Below, piece by piece: positions 55,649 through 64,000 of a stretch of 64,000 bases of DNA. Under the pieces are notes generated by a model that saw only the letters and a list, made by a program, of their open reading frames with translations, made no database searches and was not told the origin of the DNA. The stretch lies in the NCBI GenBank assembly GCA_041663445.1, contig JBAYMR010000001.1, positions 47,393-111,392 of the forward strand. Reading direction: 5' to 3'. The translations under genes and the position numbers were made by a program. This DNA is from Candidatus Micrarchaeia archaeon (GTDB lineage: Archaea; Micrarchaeota; Micrarchaeia; Anstonellales; Anstonellaceae). How positions within the stretch are numbered: the first letter of the stretch is position 1; the number at the start of each line of letters is the position of its first letter.

Positions 55649-58600
55649 TTACCAGTCCATTGTCACTTTCCATGCCGATGCGAGCGCGCCTACCGAGGCC
55701 TCCACTTCCTGCCTGCCGTTGACGGACACCTTAAGCTCGCCGCCCTTCACCTCGCCCACGCGCTCGCACGCCGCGCCGCGCATGAGCGCGGCAAACGCGC
55801 GCTCGTCCTTCCTTTTCACGGACACCACGAACCTGCCTGCGCTTTCCGAGAACAGGAGCTGCACCGGGGTGAGCTTGGCTTTCGGGAACGAGACGTCCGC
55901 GCCGACATTGCCGCCGATGCAGCATTCGGCAAGCGCCACCGCCAGCCCGCCCTCGGAGCAGTCGTGGCACGAGGACACCAGGCCGCGCTTTATCGCGGAC
56001 TCAAGCTTCCTGTAAAGCGCGAAATTCCTCCTGAAGTCCACGCACGGCACGATTGTGCCGGTTGAATTGCGCATGGCGTAATATTCCGAGGCGCCCAGCT
56101 CCGCGCGCGTGGTTCCCAGGACGTAAATGGCATCGCCTTGCGACTTGAAGTCGGTTGTCTGCGAGAGTGAAACGTCGTCCGTCCTGCCCACTGCGGAAAT
56201 GAGGAGGGTTGGCGGGACGGATATCCTCCACCTGCCGTGCTTGTAGTCGTTTTTCATGCTGTCCTTGCCGGAGATGAGCGGCGCGCCGTATGCAAGGCAG
56301 GCGTCGTAGAGCCCGCGGCATGAGGCAACGAGCTGGGCGAGCCTGTGCCGCCCGTCGGGATTGTCAGGGGACGCTATCGGGTCGCACCAGCAGAAATTGT
56401 CAAGGAGCGTGAGCCTGTCAAGCGAGCCTCCGGCGGAAACATAGTTCCTCACCGCCTCGTCAACGGCGTTCGCGGCCATCTGGTATGCGTCAATGTCGGA
56501 ATAGCGCGCGCATATCCCGTTCGACACCACCAGGCCTTCCTTCCTGCCAAGCAATGGCGCGACCACTCCGGCATCGGAAGGCCCGTCGGCTTTCACGCCG
56601 CACAACGGCTTTATCACCGAGCTGCCCTGCACCTCGTGGTCGTACTGCCTGATTATGTATTCCTTGGAGCAGATGTTCGGGCGGGAAAGCAGCGAGATGA
56701 GCACCGCGCCGAGGTTCTGGTTTTCAGGGAGGGCAGGCTCGGACAGCTTCAGCGTGCGGAGCTCGGCCTCAAGCTGCAGCTGCGGCACGCCCTTGTGCAG
56801 GAACTGCATGGAAAGGAATGCGACAACCCTTGCGCCGTACATCACGCGCAGGAAGCCGGAGGCGTTGAACTCCCCGAGGTCGGAAACCTCCACGTCGCGC
56901 AGGCGCGCAAGCGAGACAAACTCCCCTGCCTTGCCGGGCGGAACCGCAATGGTCATCCGCTCCTGCGACTCGGAAACGAAAATCTCCCACGGGTCAAGCC
57001 CGGGGTATTTGAGCGGCGCGCGGTCAAGGTGCACGCTGCACCCCCCGCTCATCTCGGCCATCTCGCCGACAGAGGACGATAGCCCGCCCGCGCCATCGTC
57101 GGTTATCGCGTTGTAGAGGCCCAGGTCGCGCGCCTCGAGCACGAAGTCCACCACTTTTTTCTGCGTGTAGGGGTCGCCGAGCTGGACGGCGGAAACAGGC
57201 GAGCCTTCGTTCATCTCCTGGCTTGAGAACGTGGCGCCGTGTATGCCGTCCTTGCCAATCCTGCCGCCCACCATGAATATCCTGTCACCGGGCAGCACGC
57301 GCTTCTCGTGCGTTTTCCTCCCGTCAGGAAGCAGTGAGGGCATCATCCCGCCCGTGCCGCAGTAGACCAGCGGCTTCCCGAGGTACCGCCCGTCAAAGTA
57401 AAGCGAGCCGTTCACTGTCGGGATGCCGGAGGCGTTGCCGCCAGCAGCCACGCCCGCCCTCACGCCTTCAAGCACGCGGCGCGGGTGGAACAGGCGCGGC
57501 GGGATTTCCCCCTGATAGTGCGGGTCTGCGAAGCAGAAGACATCGGTGTTGAAAATCGGGCGCGCGCCCATGCCGCAGCCGAGGATGTCGCGGTTCACGC
57601 CAAGTATGCCCGTGAGCGCGCCGCCGTACGGGTCGAGCGCGGACGGGGAGTTGTGCGTCTCCACCTTCATCGCCACGCTCCAGCCGGGGACGAATTCGAA
57701 CACGCCTGCGTTGTCCGAGAAGACCGAGAGCAGCCATTTCCTTTTCCTGGCAAGCCTGGTCGTGGCGCCCTTTATGTACGTCTTGAAGATGGAATCCACG
57801 ACTTTCTTTTTCCTGCCCTCGGTCAGCGTGATTTTCGCGTTGAATATCTTGTGCTTGCAGTGCTCGGACCACGTCTGCCCGAGCGCCTCAAGCTCCACGT
57901 CGGTTGGCACGGGCATGAGGCCCGCCTTCCTGCGCTCCTCGGCGACAGCAGGGTCCATGTAATATGCCTTGATTCTCTTCATTTCCTCGAGCGAGAGCGC
58001 AAGCAGCCGCTCGCGCGAAATCTCTACGAGGCGCTTGTCGGGTACGTTGAGGTCAATGTCCGCCACCTTGCCCCCGCCCATCGCGCCCACGCGCGGGACG
58101 TCCGCGGAAAACCCGGCAGCCCCGAATTCCTGCGCCGTCTTCACCTCGAAGCGCTGGATAAGCTCGTTTGCCAAAAGTTCGCGCGCGGCCTTTTCGCCTT
58201 CCTGCTTCGCCATCTTGCCCGCTATCAGGTAGTGCCTGCTGGAATACACCGCGCCGGAAAGCTTTTTCCCGAGCAGCTCCTCCATCGCCTCGCGCGCCGT
58301 GCCGCCCACGTTGTCCTTCACGCCCGGGCGGAACGAGACTGCGATGGCGACGGAAAACTTCGGGGGGAGGAAAAGCGGCCTGTCAACTGAGAAGGATTGG
58401 TTTATTGGGTCGCAGAGAAGCTCCGCGCCCACGCGCGCAAGCTCTGCTTCGGGCAAGTCGTCATCAATCGTGTAAACGTCCAGCACGCGCACGGATTTTG
58501 CGTCGGCAATGCCCAGGTCGGACTTTATCCTGCGGAGTACAGCATCGCCTGCAGGGTCTATAAATTCTGGCAGGTAGCCGGTTTCTATCCTGTGCGCCAT
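55649..58600 (-). CDS. purL: Phosphoribosylformylglycinamidine synthase PurS-PurL fusion (983 aa)
   Basis: N-terminal ~85 aa is PurS-like, followed by PurL AIR-synthase-related domains (…GLMPVPTDVELEALGQTWSEHCKHK…). Operon with purQ. Confidence 0.9.
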   Translation of the reverse strand: MAHRIETGYLPEFIDPAGDAVLRRIKSDLGIADAKSVRVLDVYTIDDDLPEAELARVGAELLCDPINQSFSVDRPLFLPPKFSVAIAVSFRPGVKDNVGGTAREAMEELLGKKLSGAVYSSRHYLIAGKMAKQEGEKAARELLANELIQRFEVKTAQEFGAAGFSADVPRVGAMGGGKVADIDLNVPDKRLVEISRERLLALSLEEMKRIKAYYMDPAVAEERRKAGLMPVPTDVELEALGQTWSEHCKHKIFNAKITLTEGRKKKVVDSIFKTYIKGATTRLARKRKWLLSVFSDNAGVFEFVPGWSVAMKVETHNSPSALDPYGGALTGILGVNRDILGCGMGARPIFNTDVFCFADPHYQGEIPPRLFHPRRVLEGVRAGVAAGGNASGIPTVNGSLYFDGRYLGKPLVYCGTGGMMPSLLPDGRKTHEKRVLPGDRIFMVGGRIGKDGIHGATFSSQEMNEGSPVSAVQLGDPYTQKKVVDFVLEARDLGLYNAITDDGAGGLSSSVGEMAEMSGGCSVHLDRAPLKYPGLDPWEIFVSESQERMTIAVPPGKAGEFVSLARLRDVEVSDLGEFNASGFLRVMYGARVVAFLSMQFLHKGVPQLQLEAELRTLKLSEPALPENQNLGAVLISLLSRPNICSKEYIIRQYDHEVQGSSVIKPLCGVKADGPSDAGVVAPLLGRKEGLVVSNGICARYSDIDAYQMAANAVDEAVRNYVSAGGSLDRLTLLDNFCWCDPIASPDNPDGRHRLAQLVASCRGLYDACLAYGAPLISGKDSMKNDYKHGRWRISVPPTLLISAVGRTDDVSLSQTTDFKSQGDAIYVLGTTRAELGASEYYAMRNSTGTIVPCVDFRRNFALYRKLESAIKRGLVSSCHDCSEGGLAVALAECCIGGNVGADVSFPKAKLTPVQLLFSESAGRFVVSVKRKDERAFAALMRGAACERVGEVKGGELKVSVNGRQEVEASVGALASAWKVTMDW

Positions 58601-58753
58601 TGAAACTCCAGCCGGGAATTTTCAGACAGCCGCGCGCGCAGCCCGTTCTCCCACGGCAGTGCATGCGGAAGCAACATTTATAAGAGGGGAGCGGATTTTG
58701 CACACTAAAGAACAGGGAAAAACACTAAAAAGAAGGTGAAAACCAAGCAACCG

Positions 58754-60256
58754 CTATTCATCTACAAAAAGCAACGCCCGATTGTCATGCTGGCTACAAA
58801 GGAAAGTCGTATGAACATTATATATCGCATACCCATCTTCTTCCATTCGTTTGCCTGCAATCGTGTCCCAGTCAAATTCCCCGAACGCAGCAATGTATTT
58901 TCCAGATGCTTCTAGAAGACCAAGATTGTGACCGAATTTTGTGTCGATAAAAATTTCACCAGATTGAAGCCAGTCGTGGTTAGACTTATTAGTAAATCCT
59001 ATCGCTTTCACATGAGAAAGGGATTTCAACGAGTAGACTAGTTCACCACCCCAACTCTTGCCTAAAACATCGCTATCAATCAACAAAATGAAGTGCCTGT
59101 GCACCCTGTTGATTTTGGATATCCGCTCCCAGCCTTCTTTATCGAATATGTGCACGATTACGGGTGCATCGTCATCACCAGAACCCTGCACAAATGCTGA
59201 ATAAGCCAGCACTTTTCCGTTTATCATGGACGTGTCGATTGAGAGATGGAAAGAGTCCTTGACAGAGACCTGGTTGATGAAAAATACTGGCTTTTCATTT
59301 TCAGCACGCAATGCCCATTCAAGATCCTCCGCTGTTCCAGTAATTTGCATGTATTTTTCGAGGGAGCAATAAAGTTTGTCCATAGTCAAACTAGTGTGGT
59401 AAAAATCTACCTTGTGATTCCAAATTGGTAGCGCCGTGACAATCGTATTGTTTTCAAGAAGTAGCCTTGCGCCTAGAAAGAAGCTTTTGGGGGAGAGATC
59501 GCGTTCATTGGCAGTGTCATAAATAAAGCGCTGTGCGGAATTGCAGCCGTAGATTAATTCACGTATGGTCGTCAACCTATCAAATACCTCGACAGCCAGG
59601 CCAGCATCCATATCTTTCAAGTCAGCCAAGCCTTGAAAAGCAGTCACGGTGGGAACTGTATCGCCCCATAGACTATAAGTTTGAGCAAGGCCAGAAAGCC
59701 TTGGAGCATAGGCGCTGCCCAGCGTCGTAAATACTTTCTCGGCTACAAGCGGTTCCACCATTATTGCAATTCCATCGGGAAATCCAGTGTTGGCACGGAA
59801 ACGCACAGCGTCCGAAGAATAATGGCTCTTGATGACTTCTTTGACAAAATACTCAACAGAATCAAGGCGATTCATAAAGAAAAATGATTTGTATGCGCCA
59901 GTTCCTTTTGCATCACCATGCGCTGATGAACGTACTGCCAGCGCAGGCTCGTCCCCAAACGCACGACATATCAACTCAAAAACTGCAAGTTCGCCGCGGC
60001 TGAATTTCCCTTTGTCGATTAAGGCGCACATTTCAACATAAGTCGCCCCTTTTGCCCAAGCATCAGATGCGCCGCAGCGTTGCAGGAATTCATTGACAAA
60101 AGGTATGGATAATATTTGCCTTACCATAAGCTGGAAGTCGGCGCGGAGCAGATGTTCGTGACCATTGAATAAATTATAGGCTTTGCCACCCATATGCGCA
60201 GAGGTTTTCTCCCCTCCATGCACCACGAACAGCTCTTTTTTGGTTTGTATATTCAT
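58754..60256 (-). CDS. Stand-alone PEP/pyruvate-binding (PPDK_N, ATP-grasp-like) domain protein (500 aa), low-GC island
   Basis: HGGEKTSAHMGGKAYNL and LAVRSSAHGDAKGTGAY match the GGK(G/A)ANL and VAVRSSAxxED...(S)FAG motifs of PEP synthase/PPDK N-domains. No phospho-His (GG.TSHAAI) domain is present. Local GC ~45%. Confidence 0.55.
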   Translation of the reverse strand: MNIQTKKELFVVHGGEKTSAHMGGKAYNLFNGHEHLLRADFQLMVRQILSIPFVNEFLQRCGASDAWAKGATYVEMCALIDKGKFSRGELAVFELICRAFGDEPALAVRSSAHGDAKGTGAYKSFFFMNRLDSVEYFVKEVIKSHYSSDAVRFRANTGFPDGIAIMVEPLVAEKVFTTLGSAYAPRLSGLAQTYSLWGDTVPTVTAFQGLADLKDMDAGLAVEVFDRLTTIRELIYGCNSAQRFIYDTANERDLSPKSFFLGARLLLENNTIVTALPIWNHKVDFYHTSLTMDKLYCSLEKYMQITGTAEDLEWALRAENEKPVFFINQVSVKDSFHLSIDTSMINGKVLAYSAFVQGSGDDDAPVIVHIFDKEGWERISKINRVHRHFILLIDSDVLGKSWGGELVYSLKSLSHVKAIGFTNKSNHDWLQSGEIFIDTKFGHNLGLLEASGKYIAAFGEFDWDTIAGKRMEEDGYAIYNVHTTFLCSQHDNRALLFVDE

Positions 60257-60327
60257 GTTTTAATTATGTGTCAAAAGATATAAAAATGTATGGATAATCT
60301 CCCATTAACAGAATAGACACGCACATG

Positions 60328-61461
60328 TTAGAACAAATACCCGCTCGCATCCTCCGCAAGCCCCACTCCGCCGCCAAGGTCGGACAGCGTATATTCGCGC
60401 CCGCCTTCGCGCAACGCGAACGATTTCACGCGCACGAGGTATTCGTCGTAGCGGAAGGTGGTCTTCTGGCGCATCACGAACGGCTGGAGCGCGTAGGTCT
60501 CCATTGCGCAGAAGAAGTTCTTGCCTGAAAGCACCCAGATTTTCCTTTCCCCTTCAAGGTACGTCTGGATGGACAGGCTGTGGAGCTTCACCCGCCTGCC
60601 GTGTATCTCGAAATAATAGTTCGAGGCAAAGCGAAGGCCCGAGCTGTTGCCAAACGGCTTGCCCGTGAAAACGTCAAGAGCCGCGCCGTTGCCGAACTGC
60701 AGCCGCACCCAGTTCCACGGGGCAAGCGGCATGGTCGCCACCACTTTCTGCAAATACGCCTTGCCGGACAGTTTCTTGCCCTCAAGCACGCCGTCAAACT
60801 CGAAATAGTAGTTTATCATCGCCGCGCCGAAGCGCGGGGCAACGGGATTTGCGAGTATGTGCACCATTTCATGGTGCTTGCCCTCCGACGGGTGGTAGGC
60901 GCGCGCGGTGAAAATCTTCTTCCCGCCCTTCACAAGCTCCACGTCGAAATGGGGATATTTTCCCGATATCGTGATTTTGCTTCCCCCGTCCCTCGCCTCA
61001 AGCAGGTTTTTCTCCCTGCCCTTTTCCAGCCGCACGCGCGCGGATGAATCGAATATCACCTGCTTGCCATTGGAGGACTGCAGCCAGCAGACTGCGGCGC
61101 ACACCACGCCCTGCTGCGCGTTCCCCTCGGGCACGGCGACGCCGTTCACGAGCACCGGGTCAACCGAGCGCCCCATGGTGAGTATCACCTGCTCCTCGCG
61201 CGGCGGGGCGCAGAAATGCAGGAACCAGTATTCCTTGCCCATGGAAGGCAAGTCCTCTATCTCGAAGAAAAGCTCGTCGGGGGTAGGGTATTTTTTCGAC
61301 TCGAACAGGCGCGAGAACTCGGACAGCTTGGAGTTGAGCTGGCCCGTTTTCTTCTTCCATTCCGGGCCAAGCCTGAAATTGCGCAGCTTGGAAAGTGTGC
61401 GGTTGGGCATGGCAATCAAAGCAGCTTCAGCGGCAACTTTAATTAACGTTTGGCACCCCAC
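60328..61461 (-). CDS. Hypothetical protein (377 aa)
   Basis: ORF only; directly upstream of and co-directional with the PPDK_N-domain gene. Confidence 0.4.
   Translation of the reverse strand: MGCQTLIKVAAEAALIAMPNRTLSKLRNFRLGPEWKKKTGQLNSKLSEFSRLFESKKYPTPDELFFEIEDLPSMGKEYWFLHFCAPPREEQVILTMGRSVDPVLVNGVAVPEGNAQQGVVCAAVCWLQSSNGKQVIFDSSARVRLEKGREKNLLEARDGGSKITISGKYPHFDVELVKGGKKIFTARAYHPSEGKHHEMVHILANPVAPRFGAAMINYYFEFDGVLEGKKLSGKAYLQKVVATMPLAPWNWVRLQFGNGAALDVFTGKPFGNSSGLRFASNYYFEIHGRRVKLHSLSIQTYLEGERKIWVLSGKNFFCAMETYALQPFVMRQKTTFRYDEYLVRVKSFALREGGREYTLSDLGGGVGLAEDASGYLF
61436..61447 (+). promoter_or_regulatory. TATA-like box upstream of tRNA-Pro
   Basis: ctttaattaacg, about 30 bp upstream of the tRNA 5' end. 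Confidence 0.3.
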
Positions 61462-61472
61462 TAACAGATGAC

Positions 61473-61545
61473 GGGGGAATGGGCTAACCTGGTATGCTAC
61501 TAGGTTTGGGACCTAGTGATTCGAGTTCAAATCTCGATTCCCCCA
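61473..61545 (+). tRNA. tRNA-Pro (anticodon UGG)
   Basis: Acceptor GGGGGAA/UUCCCCC, anticodon arm CUAGG-UUUGGGA-CCUAG, T arm UCGAG-UUCAAAU-CUCGA, discriminator A. Confidence 0.85.
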
Positions 61546-61576
61546 TTTTGCAATCATATCTCGTTTTGGTGCAAAC

Positions 61577-62560
61577 ATGAAATACGGAAACTCGGAATTG
61601 CGCGGGAAATTCGTGCTTGGCCCCATGGCGGCATACACCGACATTGCGTTCAGGCTTCTTTGCAGGCGCGCGGGCGCGGCGATGTGCTTCACCGAGTTTG
61701 CAAATGCAGAAGCCATCAGCCGGGACGGGAAGAATACCGGCGCGCTTCTCCGGACGTGCAATGAGGAGATGCCCGTCGGCATACAGATATTCGGCGCAAC
61801 GCCCGAGGCGATGGGAAAGGCTGCGGCAACAATAAGCGCGCGCGTGCAGGGCGGGGAGCTGTTTGCCTCGTGCATAGACATCAACTTCGGCTGCCCGGCA
61901 GGGAGCGTAATCCGCGCGGGCGCGGGAAGCGCGCTTTTGAAAAGCCCGGAGAGGATGCGCGCGATTGCCGAGGCGTGCGTGGAGCGCTCGGAAATCCCTG
62001 TGACCGCAAAGATACGGGCGGGGTGGAAAAGCGACAGCGCAGTGGAGCTTGCAAAAATGCTGGAAAGCGCCGGAGTGTCGGGCATCACGGTGCACTGGAG
62101 GACTGCGACAGAGGGGAGGAAAAGGCAGGGCGGCTGGGAAGCGCTGCGCGAGGTCAAGGGGGCGGTGGGCATCCCGGTGATTGGCAATGGCGGCGCGTCC
62201 ACCCCTGAAAAGGCAGTGCGGTTCCTTGACGAGACGGGCTGCGATGCGGTGATGATTGCGTCGGCGGCACTGGGCAACCCGCACATTTTTTCGCAGGCGA
62301 ACGATTTGCTGGAAAAGGGGAGATACAAAGAAACGCTTTGGGGCGAAAAGCGCGCATCGTTCCTGGAATACTGCTCGCTCGCCCAGAAATACGAGGTTGC
62401 AACGCCCAAGAGGATGCGCGCGCAGGCAATCGAATGGGTCACGGGCTTCAACGGCGTGAAAGAGGCAAGGAAAAGGCTCAACGCGGCAAAAACAGGCCAG
62501 GAGATTGAAGGGATAGTGTCGGGGTTCGAGCCCTCAACAGTTCAGGCTAACCAGACATGA
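61577..62560 (+). CDS. tRNA-dihydrouridine synthase (Dus family, FMN-dependent TIM barrel)
   Basis: …LGPMAAYTDIAFRLLCRRAGA…IDINFGCPAGSV… with the catalytic Cys and a K/R-rich C-terminal helical domain. Confidence 0.85.
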   Translation: MKYGNSELRGKFVLGPMAAYTDIAFRLLCRRAGAAMCFTEFANAEAISRDGKNTGALLRTCNEEMPVGIQIFGATPEAMGKAAATISARVQGGELFASCIDINFGCPAGSVIRAGAGSALLKSPERMRAIAEACVERSEIPVTAKIRAGWKSDSAVELAKMLESAGVSGITVHWRTATEGRKRQGGWEALREVKGAVGIPVIGNGGASTPEKAVRFLDETGCDAVMIASAALGNPHIFSQANDLLEKGRYKETLWGEKRASFLEYCSLAQKYEVATPKRMRAQAIEWVTGFNGVKEARKRLNAAKTGQEIEGIVSGFEPSTVQANQT

Positions 62561-62576
62561 TGGGACAGGCGCCCGC

Positions 62577-63128
62577 TCACTCAAGGTCGTCGGACATGAA
62601 GGAAAAGTCCGCATGCTCGAACTTCTCGTGCAGCTTTTTCCTCTCCACTGCGTCGGCAGGCTCGTCTATCACCTTGCCAATGCCAGTGAACATGCCATAC
62701 CATCCGGCAGGGACCAGCAATATCGTGATGACATGGTAGAAGATGCTTTCATAGGTCAGGTAGAAATAGAAGTACGTGTCGAGAAGCAGTATGAGGAACC
62801 CCACGAGCATGTAAAAATATCCCCTGGTTTTTGTCTTTTTTATTGCGTCCGATTCGCGCCTAACCATGAATGCGAACTGCTCGCGCAGCCTCTTTTTTAT
62901 GAGCGCCTCGGCCTTCAGGTCGCGCTCGGCTGAAGGGATGGTGAAGTGCACCTCGAACCCGCCGTGCTTGCTTTCCATGTAGCGGCGGCTCATCTCCTTC
63001 AGGAAGTCCTCGGACATCTCGCGCTGGGAATAGGGGCGCGGGTCGAAGTCCGAGAATATGTCGTCGTAGGTGTCCAGCGTGATTGCGATGTCGCGGAGGG
63101 CGCCTGCGTTTTCAATCGGCTTTTCCAT
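62577..63128 (-). CDS. Hypothetical protein with C-terminal TM helices (183 aa)
   Basis: ORF only; two predicted TM segments near the C-terminus. Confidence 0.4.
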   Translation of the reverse strand: MEKPIENAGALRDIAITLDTYDDIFSDFDPRPYSQREMSEDFLKEMSRRYMESKHGGFEVHFTIPSAERDLKAEALIKKRLREQFAFMVRRESDAIKKTKTRGYFYMLVGFLILLLDTYFYFYLTYESIFYHVITILLVPAGWYGMFTGIGKVIDEPADAVERKKLHEKFEHADFSFMSDDLE

Positions 63129-63260
63129 GGCGCATTCAGGGGATGCAAAGGATAAAAATGTGCCGCATGCGGCGCCAAGGCGGGGCTCTGCAGAAAAATT
63201 GCGCGGGAGGCGAGAGAAAAAAGCCGGGGCGGGAAAAAAATGGCGCTGGCCGTGCTCGGC

Positions 63261-63695
63261 TCAGCTTGGGCGCTTCCTCACGAGCAGGAGAGTCGCGCCC
63301 ATCCTTTTCTCGAAAAAGCCGAGCGAGAGATAGAGGCCGGAGGCCGTGTTGAGCGCGCGCACCTTGAGGTACGTCATGCGCGCGCCGTGCCTGTCGGCGT
63401 AGGAAAGGGCCTCGCGCATCAGGGCGGTGCCGAACCCGTGCTCGCGGTAGTGCGCAAGCACGCCGAGGCCGGAGATGTAGCACCTGTCCTCGCGCATGCG
63501 CAGGTGGCAAAAGCCTATGGGCATGCCGCTGCGCTCGGCTATGAAAAACACGTCGTCGGGCAGGTTCCTGAAAATGGCATTGGGGAAAAGCACCGAGGTC
63601 ATTTCCTCGATTGCGTCCATGTCCGCCTTCCTCGCGCGCCTGATGGAAAAGATTGTTGAGCTGCCAGCCGCGCCCGTTCCATTTTCCAAAGCCAA
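63261..63695 (-). CDS. GNAT-family N-acetyltransferase
   Basis: …ISGLGVLAHYREHGFGTALMREAL…: the (Q/R)xxGxG/A acetyl-CoA binding motif. Confidence 0.75.
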   Translation of the reverse strand: MALENGTGAAGSSTIFSIRRARKADMDAIEEMTSVLFPNAIFRNLPDDVFFIAERSGMPIGFCHLRMREDRCYISGLGVLAHYREHGFGTALMREALSYADRHGARMTYLKVRALNTASGLYLSLGFFEKRMGATLLLVRKRPS

Positions 63696-63704
63696 GGAAC
63701 CACT

Positions 63705-64000
63705 TCAAAGGGTGATGAACTCCACGTCTATGCTTTCCCCTATGGTTATTTCCGCGCCGCGCATCTTTTCAGCAGGCCCGAGCTTCACCACAAGCGTCTC
63801 GCCGAGTATTTCCCTGCCCTCGTGCTCGTGCACGTGCCCGCAGATGAGGAGTATGGGGCGTTTTTCTTCCACCATCTTCCGCACCGCCTTGCTGCCCACG
63901 TGCATGCCGTTCCCCACCTCGTCAAAAAGCCCGTAGGGCGGCGGATGGGAAAGCACTATTGAAAACTCGTCCACGCCCGCGCGCGCAAGGGCGGATGCTA
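63705..64000 (-). CDS. Calcineurin-like metallophosphoesterase (YfcE/MJ0936-like), partial; N-terminus lies beyond the window end
   Basis: C-terminal LLICGHVHE (GHxH) motif; the ORF is open to the window edge. Confidence 0.55.
   Translation of the reverse strand, partial: ASALARAGVDEFSIVLSHPPPYGLFDEVGNGMHVGSKAVRKMVEEKRPILLICGHVHEHEGREILGETLVVKLGPAEKMRGAEITIGESIDVEFITL

Overview
High-GC (~60%) contig that I read as archaeal. Markers for that call: an archaeal-type AlaRS, aEF-1beta next to a small Zn-ribbon gene, deoxyhypusine synthase, HerA, Rad50 with a CPVC zinc hook, a cupin-type phosphoglucose isomerase, two pilin-like proteins with class-III signal peptides, TATA-box promoters about 25-30 bp upstream of tRNAs, and tRNA genes with insertions. 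A streamlined uncultivated lineage such as DPANN is possible, but I cannot prove that from sequence alone. Gene content: an osmoadaptation block (MscS, otsA-otsB, Na/Ca exchanger, NSS transporter, cation/H+ antiporter); central metabolism (transketolase, aminotransferase, Glu/Leu-type dehydrogenase, SufS-like desulfurase, two-subunit 2-oxoacid:ferredoxin oxidoreductase, purSL-purQ, bacterial-type metK, alaS); Rad50 and HerA 2.5 kb apart, with no Mre11 or NurA visible in the window; an AbiEi/AbiEii-like TA pair bracketed by direct repeats; and four tRNA genes (Arg-GCG, Val-CAC, Glu-CUC-like with intervening sequences, Pro-UGG). Most unusual items: (i) a 3'-half copy of tRNA-Val with a 102-nt structured insertion in the T-loop; (ii) a tRNA-Glu-like gene whose ends are separated by about 95 nt of hairpin-rich sequence; (iii) a thioredoxin-CcdA fusion and a DsbA-like protein on either side of a 12-repeat Cys-rich secreted protein; (iv) two low-GC islands next to tRNAs, one with a transglutaminase-like/TPR protein and one with a stand-alone PEP/pyruvate-binding-domain protein; (v) a 919-aa HerA/FtsK/VirB4-like ATPase with a ~350-aa charged tail next to a CPBP protease and a pilin; (vi) a dispersed ~50-90 bp repeat family and a CRISPR-like 41-bp mini-array.
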